Virus record (IMG/VR): IMGVR_UViG_3300025872_000001 | Direction: 5' to 3' (one strand) | Source: a virus | Length of the DNA: 64,000 nucleotides | In this document: piece by piece, positions 41,120-51,397 of the stretch | Numbering within the stretch: position 1 is the stretch's first letter | Layout of the letters: each line of letters opens with the position of its first letter | The notes under the pieces: generated by a model | What the model was told of the DNA's origin: nothing | Seen by the model: the letters and a program-made list of their open reading frames with translations, nothing else | Databases searched by the model: none | Program-made: the position numbers and the translations under genes

Positions 41120-44100
41120 TTACTCAAGCGACAGTATAGAACCTCTAGAGTCGAGCCATTCCGTTTGATCGCGGAATATCTCGGCTCTTTCATTTGGTCT
41201 GATAATAGAGATCTCATTTCCTTCTGCATCCAATATATGTAGATTATGAGATGATCCTCTGTTCACGATTACAACGGAGTTGCCCTCTGCAACATCTGCT
41301 GGCATAACAATAGAGGAGTCTGTTCTTGGGGTAATTAAATTAATAGAATTCAATTTATCTTCTGGAAGCTCATATTCAGACTCTATTCTTTTTGCTTTTC
41401 CGCCACTACCTATTATTGTTGTGCCGTTGTATGTAAATTTTACTCCAATTGTTGCTGATTCTGCACCAATAGCAGTCCAATTGACGCTTGAGCCTAAAGC
41501 ATCTATTTGATAGTTAGCCCCATTTACAAGAGAATTAGTATGAATATTAAATGAATCTTGATCTTCATTTCTGCCCCCATCTACTTCAAATCGATTTGCT
41601 ACTGGATTAATTCTTTCAACAGGTTCAATTTCAAGATAACCACTTACGACATTTGAAATATCACCGGGACCAAAATCATCCCAAGGTCTAAATCTAAAAT
41701 AGTGCCATTTACCAGTTTCTAGACCTTCTGCTAATCTAATTGTATTTACATAACTTCTTGTTTTGTCGAGATTGACATAATTAAATTGATTGGTATGATC
41801 TACAATATCAGCTTCAAACACTCTTTTTACTTGTGCATCGCTACCGTTTATTGCTGTTCCATTGTATTCGAATTCTGTTCCAATAATAGGTGTTTGAGAT
41901 GGGCATCCAATAGCTTTCCAATTTACGCTGGAGCCGACATTCATAATTTCATACCAATTTCCATTAGCCATACCAGTATGATCAATAATTTCTGGAAAAC
42001 CTTGTCCAGTATATACATCAACGCTATAAACATCTTTATTTGATGTAGTATTATAACAGTTAAATATAATTTGGCCTTTTGAAACATCCTCTGGCAAAAC
42101 TGTAAATGAAATACCAGAAAATCCTGTTGTATTCGCAGCAGTTATAGTTTCGAGGTTGGCAATTCCAAGTGGATTTCCTTTAGTAGAGGGAACTTTTCTG
42201 CCCTCTCCACTACCATAAGCAGTAAAATGTTCTAGTCCCCAATCCTCAATCGATGTAGCCTTATCTACATTATCATTATAGTATTTGATTAAATCTTCAT
42301 AAGCATAAACATAGGCTTCATAATCAGCTTCTCCAGTTCCTTTATAATTAATTCCTACTCCAGCGCGCTCTGCCGTAGAAGTTATTCCAGTTCCATTATA
42401 ACCAGTTGCTGTTAAAAATGCTCCAGAAATATCCCTAAATGTTAATGGAACAGAATCATCTTCACTTCTAATTAATTCTCCATTTAAATCTCTAACTCCA
42501 GATCCAGATATTGTTCCTGTAGTAGTATTGTTTTCTGGATTCCATAATGCTATTCCAGTAAATGTGCTGTGGCCATAGTAGCCAGAAAGCACATAATACG
42601 GAGAGTTTTGATAAGAATCAATTACTTGAATCTTGTTATAATATGGATATTGATTATGGGCATAAAATGTACCTGTTTTAGTTAGGTTAGTATTATCTTG
42701 TACTATTACTCTTAAACCAAGTGATCTTGAGTATTCTACATTCTTTGCAGATTCAGTTTCTCTACTGAATAACTCTCCATTCATTTTTTGAGTTACTGTA
42801 TAAGATAAACCTTGATAATTTTCCTCTTGTTTTAATATTTGTCCAGCATTATCCAATATTTGAACTGTAACTTTTTGAGGAAGATCAACGAATGGATTTT
42901 CTAAAATTTGTTCCTTGGTTGACATAACCCCACCAGTAGGATCTATATATTTCCATCTGAAGGTAACATCCGCAGATGTAAAGTTGCCAACTCCCGCTCC
43001 AGCATAAAGTCCTCCTCCTAAATGAGCGATTTGATAATTAACTGAATTTTTATCAGCAGTATCAATTGTAAAGCCACTTGGTATTGTTGAAGTTATAGTA
43101 TAACCTCCTTGACCAGTTAAGGTCGCACTCGGCAATATGATTGCCCCAGTTTGGGCAGCGTCAATTGATAATAATTTATATAAAACCCCTTGAGAATAAA
43201 CATCAAAATCATACTGACCATAAGCTCCGCTTATTGGAACAGTTAATGTAGTTATGCCAGAAGCTACTGTATAAGCATCAGTTATAGAATCATATTCATC
43301 TCCAAGAGTTGAATAATCTGGTCTACTGACATAAACCTTGTAGCCTACAATTGGGCTACTTGTGCCTGACCAAATAATATGGACTCCAGTTCCTCCATAT
43401 CCGCTTACACTAACTATTCCAGATGGAGGATTTGGCTTGACGACTACATCGTATGGCCCTTGAACATAATAGCTAGGCGAAGTATCCATCATATCTTTTT
43501 CGATGAATTCTTCTTTGTCGCGCAAATATTCTATTCCTACAACAGAATATTGATTAGCCTCTTCTTCTTTTGTCGCAATAGTTTTATAAAGTTTCGGTTC
43601 TATTCCAGAGCCACTCAAAACATAAAGAGAACCTTCTGATATTAAATCAAGATTTTTAGGAGTTGTATCTACAGTTAGATTATAAAATCCTTTTTCATAT
43701 CCAGTTCCGTATATCAAACCGCTATAACCAATTCCATTTTCTTGAGCAAGTAATCTTAAATCACTTTGGCCCAAAGTCCCACCTCCAACATAAACATTTA
43801 AACCAAGAGCATTAAAAGCATTAGATACATGGGTAGATGTTAATGCTGAATTTGTATATATTTTTTCAGATCCGTAAAATCCTTTTGGCATTCCAACTGT
43901 ATAATATCCTAAAGAATTACCTTTTGACCATTTTGACTGAGCGGCATTACCATCAATAAAATCACTAGTAAATGCTAAAGCTGATTTTGTATGAGCTTTT
44001 GTGCAAATATAAGTTTCTGAATTATACTTGATAATATTACCAACTGCATACTCTCTGCCAGATTGCCATTCTTCGTAATTTGATTCGGCGCGATTACCAA

Positions 44101-46906
44101 AGTCAGCTTGAACAAATGTGTAATATGGTCTTAATCTTGTAAAGGCAAGAAGATCTCTATAAGTAAATACTAAACTTCCAGTATCATTTGAAGTTTTAGA
44201 TGCACGCTCAAGTATTCTGTAATTGCTATTATTGGCGCTTGTATCATTTTTTATTAAAGCGGCTAAATAACTACCAGCAGTAGCACTATCAGCGCCTAAT
44301 TTATAAATTTCTGTAGCAGCATAAGATGCAAATACAGATGGTACAGCTGTCTGCCAAGCAATTGGACTTCCATTAGATACTATTACAATCACTTCTCCAT
44401 TGTTTCTTCCTTCTATAAATGAGCCTATATCCGCTAAAGATGCACTAGTTGAACTTTGAGCAACAAAAGCTCCAGCGGAATTTAAAGCTATGGCTGTTAA
44501 GTTTGATGCCGTAGTTCCTCTCTGAACTCCATCTACATTAACTATACCATTTGATCCAGAAATATAACAAGTCCAATTAGGTTCAGAACCGATTACTTGA
44601 CCAGTTCCATCGATACCAGAAAAATTAATATCAATCTCCAAATCTGATAAAACTCCAGATACATTAGAGAATGTTAATGAATCCCATTTAGGATTGCCGG
44701 TTGCTACAGTATGTTCTGGGAAATAGTAAACCTCTCCAGTTAAAATAGTTTGACCAGTATATGACGCCCCAGATATTCTACCCTCTACTGGATAAACGTC
44801 AGTTACTACTGACTGCAATAGAAAATCACCAGTAAGTGTTAATGTGGCCCCATAAGAATTATCAACAACAGTATGTAAATTAAATTTTCGTGTTTGTCTT
44901 TGCCTTCTAGCTCTAATTTGCTCAAGCGTTCCAGTAAATCCTCCGTCGCTTCCAGTTAATGAATTTAAATCTGAAACAGAAAAATTTCCAGATGGAACAT
45001 GAATATATATTCCAGAAGCTAAATCTGGATGGAATTCTCCATCAATTTTAATTGTTTTAGCGTTTTCATCTATTTCAAGTATTCTTCCAAACGATCTTCC
45101 TACGTTTCTTACCTCATCGCTTACTCCGAAAATATCTCCTGGTTGTAGATATGCGCCCTCTAATCCCGCAGTAAATGTAACGGTATCAGATTCAAACATT
45201 GAACTGCATATAATATATCTACCAATTCGTCTTGCTTCTGATCGTGAAGTGCAGCCAGCAGCATTAACTTTAAATGGATTTAAACCAAAATTTCTTATTC
45301 CATCGACATCTTCAATGAATTCAACTTTAGTTTTAAAGTCATCGTACTTATCGTTGTAAGTTATTTCTACACTTGTGTATCTTTTGTTTTTAGCTGTTTC
45401 AGTATATACAAATGCTCCATCTTTAACATTAACATTGGCAAAATAAATGATTGGATCTTTTTTCTTGTCAGCGAAGAATGAAAAACCTTCAGTGTTCCAA
45501 TATATAATTCCTTTAAATATTGCCGCAACATCTTTAAGGATATTGTATGCTTCGTCTTTATTATAATAAATAATATTGCATGTATATCTTGGCTCAAGAC
45601 CGCCCTTGCCATCAGGAACGCCTCTAAATCTGCCATCATCATCTACGGCGTCACAATATCTACCAATATCATATAAAGTCCATTTATCTATTGAACTGTT
45701 GTCAATATAATTACCAAGACCATAATTATAATCAGTAACAATATCATATAAAATCCAAGCTGGATTATCTGTCCACGCTAATTTAAATGTGCCATCCCAA
45801 TCTCCGTAATAAATTTTATTACTATCATAAAAGTTTCTATCGCAGAATTGTTGTAACTTTATATCAGAATCGCTGGCGAGATTAAATTTTGCACCTCCAG
45901 TGTCTTCAGCTAATTCCCTTAAAGTTCTAGTACCAGAAAAATCAGGATCAGCGTGGAGATAATAAAATTGAATTCCAGCCTCTCTCGCTCTGTTCAATGA
46001 GATTTGATAAGTTTCTGGAGCCATTACTTCTGGTATATGACCAGAAAAATATATAACCTTTCTAACAGTATTGACCCAAAGTTTTTCTGTTACAGCTTCT
46101 TCTCCACTTTTACCGACTTCATCCGTTATACTAAATTGGGTTTTTCTAAAAAAGAAATTCGCAATACTTGTTTCTGAAGGATCGACTGTAGGCGATAAAG
46201 GAGATGCTGCTAGGGCATCGTCAAGTAATTTAATTAAATTTGTTTGATTTGCGCCGGTAGAATCTGGCGTCTCCATCTCAGAAAAGTTACTTGAAGAATA
46301 ATATGTAAAATTATTTATGGTCTCTTTTGTTGCTTCATTAACAATGAAATTAGTATTATTTGCTGCTGTTTGCCATATAGAAAATCTTACATTAGTATAG
46401 CCAGAAACAAGTTTAAAGATAAACTCTTTTAAATTTCTTCTTAATAATTTTCTGCTTCGTTCATTCATGTTTTGGTCAACCATGAATATAACATCAAGAG
46501 TATTTGGGTTTGCAGGATAATCTGGATTTGCAAAAACATATCTCCTATCTAAACCATTACCACCAAGAGGAAAATAGTTAGAAGGCACTTTAACCTTCTT
46601 CATTTTAACATCATACTGTCTTTCTGGGATACTGCTAAATGTTCTAGAATCAAATTTTAATCCAACATGCGCGGTTAATGGATAAGAAAAGTTTCTGTCT
46701 ACAACTTCATATATTCCATCTAATGAAACATCTCTTTTTACCAAAGGTGAAATAGTTTCTGGACTTCTCTTTTCTATAGTAATGTATCTATCTCTTCCAT
46801 TTTCCGAATCTGGAAGAACAAGTTCGTTTGATGTAATTAGCCCAGCTTGACTAACAATATTTGTATCAATTGTGTCGTCTTCTGTATTGTCGCCGTTTGG
46901 AGTCAT
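41120..46906 (-). CDS. Tail tip/host-specificity protein J-like, main C-terminal part (with vWA and other insertions)
   Basis: YP.TA.VG...DS..F, VKVPSNY, Y.G.WDGTFK.AWTDNPAWILYD, YGLG, IDKW.LY.IG.YCD, EPRYTCN, GCTSRSEARR.GR. Confidence 0.9.
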   Translation of the reverse strand: MTPNGDNTEDDTIDTNIVSQAGLITSNELVLPDSENGRDRYITIEKRSPETISPLVKRDVSLDGIYEVVDRNFSYPLTAHVGLKFDSRTFSSIPERQYDVKMKKVKVPSNYFPLGGNGLDRRYVFANPDYPANPNTLDVIFMVDQNMNERSRKLLRRNLKEFIFKLVSGYTNVRFSIWQTAANNTNFIVNEATKETINNFTYYSSSNFSEMETPDSTGANQTNLIKLLDDALAASPLSPTVDPSETSIANFFFRKTQFSITDEVGKSGEEAVTEKLWVNTVRKVIYFSGHIPEVMAPETYQISLNRAREAGIQFYYLHADPDFSGTRTLRELAEDTGGAKFNLASDSDIKLQQFCDRNFYDSNKIYYGDWDGTFKLAWTDNPAWILYDIVTDYNYGLGNYIDNSSIDKWTLYDIGRYCDAVDDDGRFRGVPDGKGGLEPRYTCNIIYYNKDEAYNILKDVAAIFKGIIYWNTEGFSFFADKKKDPIIYFANVNVKDGAFVYTETAKNKRYTSVEITYNDKYDDFKTKVEFIEDVDGIRNFGLNPFKVNAAGCTSRSEARRIGRYIICSSMFESDTVTFTAGLEGAYLQPGDIFGVSDEVRNVGRSFGRILEIDENAKTIKIDGEFHPDLASGIYIHVPSGNFSVSDLNSLTGSDGGFTGTLEQIRARRQRQTRKFNLHTVVDNSYGATLTLTGDFLLQSVVTDVYPVEGRISGASYTGQTILTGEVYYFPEHTVATGNPKWDSLTFSNVSGVLSDLEIDINFSGIDGTGQVIGSEPNWTCYISGSNGIVNVDGVQRGTTASNLTAIALNSAGAFVAQSSTSASLADIGSFIEGRNNGEVIVIVSNGSPIAWQTAVPSVFASYAATEIYKLGADSATAGSYLAALIKNDTSANNSNYRILERASKTSNDTGSLVFTYRDLLAFTRLRPYYTFVQADFGNRAESNYEEWQSGREYAVGNIIKYNSETYICTKAHTKSALAFTSDFIDGNAAQSKWSKGNSLGYYTVGMPKGFYGSEKIYTNSALTSTHVSNAFNALGLNVYVGGGTLGQSDLRLLAQENGIGYSGLIYGTGYEKGFYNLTVDTTPKNLDLISEGSLYVLSGSGIEPKLYKTIATKEEEANQYSVVGIEYLRDKEEFIEKDMMDTSPSYYVQGPYDVVVKPNPPSGIVSVSGYGGTGVHIIWSGTSSPIVGYKVYVSRPDYSTLGDEYDSITDAYTVASGITTLTVPISGAYGQYDFDVYSQGVLYKLLSIDAAQTGAIILPSATLTGQGGYTITSTIPSGFTIDTADKNSVNYQIAHLGGGLYAGAGVGNFTSADVTFRWKYIDPTGGVMSTKEQILENPFVDLPQKVTVQILDNAGQILKQEENYQGLSYTVTQKMNGELFSRETESAKNVEYSRSLGLRVIVQDNTNLTKTGTFYAHNQYPYYNKIQVIDSYQNSPYYVLSGYYGHSTFTGIALWNPENNTTTGTISGSGVRDLNGELIRSEDDSVPLTFRDISGAFLTATGYNGTGITSTAERAGVGINYKGTGEADYEAYVYAYEDLIKYYNDNVDKATSIEDWGLEHFTAYGSGEGRKVPSTKGNPLGIANLETITAANTTGFSGISFTVLPEDVSKGQIIFNCYNTTSNKDVYSVDVYTGQGFPEIIDHTGMANGNWYEIMNVGSSVNWKAIGCPSQTPIIGTEFEYNGTAINGSDAQVKRVFEADIVDHTNQFNYVNLDKTRSYVNTIRLAEGLETGKWHYFRFRPWDDFGPGDISNVVSGYLEIEPVERINPVANRFEVDGGRNEDQDSFNIHTNSLVNGANYQIDALGSSVNWTAIGAESATIGVKFTYNGTTIIGSGGKAKRIESEYELPEDKLNSINLITPRTDSSIVMPADVAEGNSVVIVNRGSSHNLHILDAEGNEISIIRPNERAEIFRDQTEWLDSRGSILSLE

Positions 46907-46922
46907 TATATTATAATAAATT

Positions 46923-47495
46923 TTAACCTGTTATTGTAAATGTCCTTGTGTACCAAAATTTTTCCCTTGGATCACTTGGAGTTGAACTGGCAGACAATCT
47001 TACTGGAGCGTTATCTGGAGACGCAGCATCTATATAAACATAGTGTGTACCAATACTTAATTGTTGTGTTACCTCCGCTGGGATAACAAAAGAAAACTGT
47101 CCAACTCCATTTACTGAAATTTCAGATCCAGTTGCATAAACTTGATAAGGAATTAAATTTTTATCTACATTTTGTAAACCCACATCAATCTGAGCAACAA
47201 CCATTGTTGCTGGTTTAGTAATGTGTGAGCCTCCTCCGCTTAACAAATAAGTAGCTGTTCCACTTAATGTTATAGTCCCACCTCTTGCACAACTTGAATT
47301 AGATATTGTATTGAACACTGCGGCTGCTCCATCTCCAACTACACCAGGACTATAAATAATTCTTTCTGGAGCGGATGGAAAATAGTCTTTCTTTTCACGC
47401 TTTCTTAAATTATATATAATAGGCAATACCGCAGAATAATTTCTAGGATTAATTTGGGAAGCCATAACCTCCTCATATGTTTTTTGTAATGGCAT
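46923..47495 (-). CDS. Ig-like/beta-rich hypothetical protein inserted between the J fragments
   Basis: 190-aa ORF with GQFSF.IP...L..G.H.VY. Confidence 0.65.
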   Translation of the reverse strand: MPLQKTYEEVMASQINPRNYSAVLPIIYNLRKREKKDYFPSAPERIIYSPGVVGDGAAAVFNTISNSSCARGGTITLSGTATYLLSGGGSHITKPATMVVAQIDVGLQNVDKNLIPYQVYATGSEISVNGVGQFSFVIPAEVTQQLSIGTHYVYIDAASPDNAPVRLSASSTPSDPREKFWYTRTFTITG

Positions 47496-47496
47496 A

Positions 47497-48399
47497 TTAG
47501 ACCTCTTGTACTTTGGTTATAACGTCAGCTAAAACTGTATCCCCAGATACTCCCACTAATCTTGCGCCTCTACTTCCAGCTACTATTGAATTTGTATTCA
47601 ATACGGCTCCACCTGTCGAAGAAGCAGAACCAACGTAAGATGCTGAATTGAATTGACCAAGTGGTTCTCCAAGCATACAGGCATATGGGCTTGTAACTGT
47701 TCCAAATATAGAATATTCTTTTACAATTATTTTGTTGCTGCCTTCAACTCCACAAGTTACAGATATTCTTAAATCTGTTGATCTGTTCATGCCCATTTTG
47801 CCTTGCTGCCCAGGACCAGAACCTTTATCAACTGTATCAAATAAAGATTCAATAATTAAACTTAATCTAATTTTTTTGACATCTTTATTTTTTATATGAT
47901 GCGTGTATACAAATGGATCTTTAGCTTCTGTAGGCCAGCCAGTTGCCCAACCTGTAAAATCTCTTATGGAACCATTGTTTGGATCTTGTCTATGGTCTGG
48001 AGATCCTGCTATTCCAGCATTATTAACGACTATTGGGCCTAGTAATTTAAAACTAGCTGGCTTCCATATATAAACATTTTTGAAGTTCTCCAAAGGTTTT
48101 TGATTTTCAGTTCCGAGGTTTATTTCCATTACTACGCTTCTAAAATTATATTTTCCATCATAGTTCATGACAGGAACTTTATTTAAATAAATTCCCTTTA
48201 ACATATCAAGACCGTAAACTTTTTTGCCAAATTGATCAACTAATCCATAAATTGGCCCTTCGCAAAGCAAATCAACAGACTCTGAAATAGAGATAGACTT
48301 CAACAAAGTTTGATCGGCTGGAGCGACTAAAGCTGGAATTGGCGCTTTATCTCCACCGCCTTTGCCTTTATAAAATCTATATGGATTTAAAATTTTCAT
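47497..48399 (-). CDS. Tail tip protein J-like, N-terminal fragment
   Basis: GKGGG, L.S....VDLLCEGPI.GL, IYLN.VPV, GTENQ, G...SPY, matching the lambda J N-terminus. Confidence 0.82.
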   Translation of the reverse strand: MKILNPYRFYKGKGGGDKAPIPALVAPADQTLLKSISISESVDLLCEGPIYGLVDQFGKKVYGLDMLKGIYLNKVPVMNYDGKYNFRSVVMEINLGTENQKPLENFKNVYIWKPASFKLLGPIVVNNAGIAGSPDHRQDPNNGSIRDFTGWATGWPTEAKDPFVYTHHIKNKDVKKIRLSLIIESLFDTVDKGSGPGQQGKMGMNRSTDLRISVTCGVEGSNKIIVKEYSIFGTVTSPYACMLGEPLGQFNSASYVGSASSTGGAVLNTNSIVAGSRGARLVGVSGDTVLADVITKVQEV

Positions 48400-51041
48400 T
48401 AGGCGGTCTGAACTTTTTGAGAAAGAACTGGGTTGCCAATTCCTTTAAATGTAGTTGATGTAGATAGGAATTGAACGTTTATTTTCACGGGAGCAGAATA
48501 CAATGTTTGTTTATTATTTATATTAACTTTACATCTGTATCTAGCCTTATAAGAAGAATATCCACTTGATTTTGCTCCGCTCAATTCTGGGCGCTCCGCA
48601 ATAAATCTCACAATTCTATTAGAATCGGAAGATTTTTCTTCAGAGTATGTTATAAAATCTTCGACGACCTTTCCTGTGCCAGTTGCTGATGTTGAGTTTT
48701 TGACAAAAACGCTTTGGATATTATTTATCGGAGAGCCAATTGAAGTCCAATTGGTTGAATCTAATGAATGTATTTTATATTCTTCACCAGCAATCATTGA
48801 CGACACATCTAATACTCTTTTACCTATATCTGAAAACTTTTGATTTTTGGGGGTACTTGGATCAGGAAACCCGTGAAATAATTTTTCTTTTGGAACAGAT
48901 TGCCAATCAGAAAAAACACCATCTCTATTTGTGTCGTATCTATAATATATGCTGATTCCTTCGCTACCTCTTAAATCTTGAACTCTAGCTAATAAACGGT
49001 GATAACCGGCTGTCAAATACAATGTCGTCGTTGAAGAATTTAAAGCCGCAATTTCTGCATTAGATGGTTTTTGAACCCAAGGAGGATTCGCAAAACCAGA
49101 AAACATTCCATGCCCACTATAATATGCGCTTGCCAAAGTTGAATCTATATATAAATCTGAAGCATCATCTGAATCAAGTTTAAATTCATATGCTCCCACC
49201 AACATTACTCTGCCATTGCCTGTTCCTTGGGTTGAATTTTTATAAAATGTAGACCCAACTCTAGGAACTATAGCCGCACCATTTAAACCAGTGAATCCTA
49301 ATCCGCTCCATTGACCAGTATCTCCAATTTTTATAATTTCATATAGGCCAGTAGCAGTTCCAATTTCATATACATCTTTCACAAATGATTTACCGTCGCC
49401 ACCAACTGTTGGAACATAGAAGTACCCAATTAACTCCATACCATAATTGTCAACATTAGAATTAGAACCATTTAATGACTGCTCATTTAATGCGCTAACT
49501 TCACCAATATACGGCCCAGATTGATTTTTATAAGCTGGATAATCATTAAATAATGTATCCATCTCCGCAGTTGTTGTTGGACTCTCTACTCTAGTCCAAT
49601 ATGCGGATTCAGCAACAGGCGCACCACCAGCTAATTCTCCAGTTGTGGGCAAATGACCGGAAACTGGTGCGGTGCATTTATATAAATACTCTAAATTTGG
49701 AGGTAGAATTTTTCTCCAATATGCTGAATTAATTGTTAAACCATCTCCAGTTGGCGATTCTCCCGAAAATCCTGCTGCAACGATAGCTTGAAAGTATGTA
49801 TTTGTGTCTGATCCTGTTGGATAATTTACCAATTCTCCACTAAAATAATTATACCCACTATCCCAAACTCCAAATTTTAAATTATAAAATTGCGTAGGCC
49901 CGAACTTAACCAAATCTCCAACAGAATATTTTTGGAAATAACCAGTTTCATTGCTTTTTAAGTTCGCAAAATCTGATTGTACTTTAAAATCTGGAGTATG
50001 GTATGATCTCATAATCAAACCAGATTTTACTGCATATGGATTTTCTATAAAAACTTTCTTTCTTGAACTGTCATTGCTTAACTCCTCCCATTCATAAGTA
50101 ACATCTTCGTCAAAAGTAGTTAAATCTGGATTTGAAATAATCTCATTATTTCTTTTAACGACTACTTCTACTGGATTAGAAATAACTTTCGACGCACTAT
50201 TTGTTACTATATCTATATAAGAATTTAAAACATTGACGGAACAAAAAGTTACCGTATCTTCCATATCAACAGCTTGATTCGTAGAGAATTTATCTACTAC
50301 TGATCCAGCCGATTCAGCTTCATTTTCTGCAATCAATTCAATATAATCATTAGTTGGCTTATCAACAGGAGTCATCAATTGCTTAATATCAGTATTTAAA
50401 GCGTAATGGTCGATACTAGAACTAATTTGAGAGTGACCGATCTTTAATCGGCCATAGCCAACTGGGATCGCCTGTCCTTGGGCCGTATTAGATGGTTTAT
50501 TACCAAATAAATAAGACTTACCACCAGCTTGAACTTCTTGATTGAAATCTGGTTTAGGTGGTGGGAATAATAATCCCATTACTCCTTGTAAAGCTATACC
50601 TACGCCAAGGCTAAATAAAGCCGTACCTAATGCAGAAAATGAACCTGCGCCAGCAGCGCCCATTACTGTAGTCGATCCAATTCCTCCAAGTACGCTACTA
50701 AATCCAGCGCCCAAAAATCCTGCTGCTCCAGCAGTAGCGATGGTCAACGCTAATCCAACTGCAATTAAAGCTCCATTTTTTCCTGCACCCCAAACAATTG
50801 GTACAATATGAATTTCTTTTGGAGCTTTTTGAACTTCAATTTCTTTAGGATGCTGAATAACATTATCATCGACAACTATTCTATAATGAACTCCTTGTAT
50901 TGCTAGTCTCTTTATTTCATCTAGAAACCCCCTTCTGTTTGAATTGATCGCAAGAAAAGCTTCTTTAGGAGAATTTATATTAAATCTAAATTCCTCACCA
51001 AATTTATTTCGCAATTCGCCGTATAAATATACATTAGTCAT
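48399..51041 (-). CDS. Tail assembly protein I-like with a long PA14/carbohydrate-binding extension
   Basis: V.LYG.L..KFG, IHIVP...GA, SYLF....N...QG..IPVGYGR; PA14-like YEF.L.SDD.S.LYI...L.AGYH. Confidence 0.85.
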   Translation of the reverse strand: MTNVYLYGELRNKFGEEFRFNINSPKEAFLAINSNRRGFLDEIKRLAIQGVHYRIVVDDNVIQHPKEIEVQKAPKEIHIVPIVWGAGKNGALIAVGLALTIATAGAAGFLGAGFSSVLGGIGSTTVMGAAGAGSFSALGTALFSLGVGIALQGVMGLLFPPPKPDFNQEVQAGGKSYLFGNKPSNTAQGQAIPVGYGRLKIGHSQISSSIDHYALNTDIKQLMTPVDKPTNDYIELIAENEAESAGSVVDKFSTNQAVDMEDTVTFCSVNVLNSYIDIVTNSASKVISNPVEVVVKRNNEIISNPDLTTFDEDVTYEWEELSNDSSRKKVFIENPYAVKSGLIMRSYHTPDFKVQSDFANLKSNETGYFQKYSVGDLVKFGPTQFYNLKFGVWDSGYNYFSGELVNYPTGSDTNTYFQAIVAAGFSGESPTGDGLTINSAYWRKILPPNLEYLYKCTAPVSGHLPTTGELAGGAPVAESAYWTRVESPTTTAEMDTLFNDYPAYKNQSGPYIGEVSALNEQSLNGSNSNVDNYGMELIGYFYVPTVGGDGKSFVKDVYEIGTATGLYEIIKIGDTGQWSGLGFTGLNGAAIVPRVGSTFYKNSTQGTGNGRVMLVGAYEFKLDSDDASDLYIDSTLASAYYSGHGMFSGFANPPWVQKPSNAEIAALNSSTTTLYLTAGYHRLLARVQDLRGSEGISIYYRYDTNRDGVFSDWQSVPKEKLFHGFPDPSTPKNQKFSDIGKRVLDVSSMIAGEEYKIHSLDSTNWTSIGSPINNIQSVFVKNSTSATGTGKVVEDFITYSEEKSSDSNRIVRFIAERPELSGAKSSGYSSYKARYRCKVNINNKQTLYSAPVKINVQFLSTSTTFKGIGNPVLSQKVQTA

Positions 51042-51396
51042 ATTGTTTCTTTAATATATCTATATACTCTTTATTTACATGAGGCTTCTTGGGGAGCACC
51101 AGATTAAATTTTTTAGTTTCTTTGCTATAAATAACATAAGGTATGCAAGAATTTTCGCAATTAAATATATCAAACTTTGATTCGGCTTCGCCTGTTTTTG
51201 GATGAGTGTGGTAAATGGCGGCAAGTTTGCCACTTCTTATTTGTCTTAAAATTTCTAAAGGATGAATTTCAAATACATCATCTTTGTAAACTGCAACATT
51301 CTTTGCCGGTTCTGTTTTTAATTCGTCTCCATCGACAAATACAAAACCACAAACTTCGTTATCAGATGTATTAGCGTGATCAATTATAGATTGCAT
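51034..51396 (-). CDS. Tail assembly protein K-like (JAB/MPN domain only)
   Basis: EVCG, YHTHP......S..D; no NlpC/P60 domain. Confidence 0.82.
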   Translation of the reverse strand: MQSIIDHANTSDNEVCGFVFVDGDELKTEPAKNVAVYKDDVFEIHPLEILRQIRSGKLAAIYHTHPKTGEAESKFDIFNCENSCIPYVIYSKETKKFNLVLPKKPHVNKEYIDILKKQYD

Positions 51397-51397
51397 A

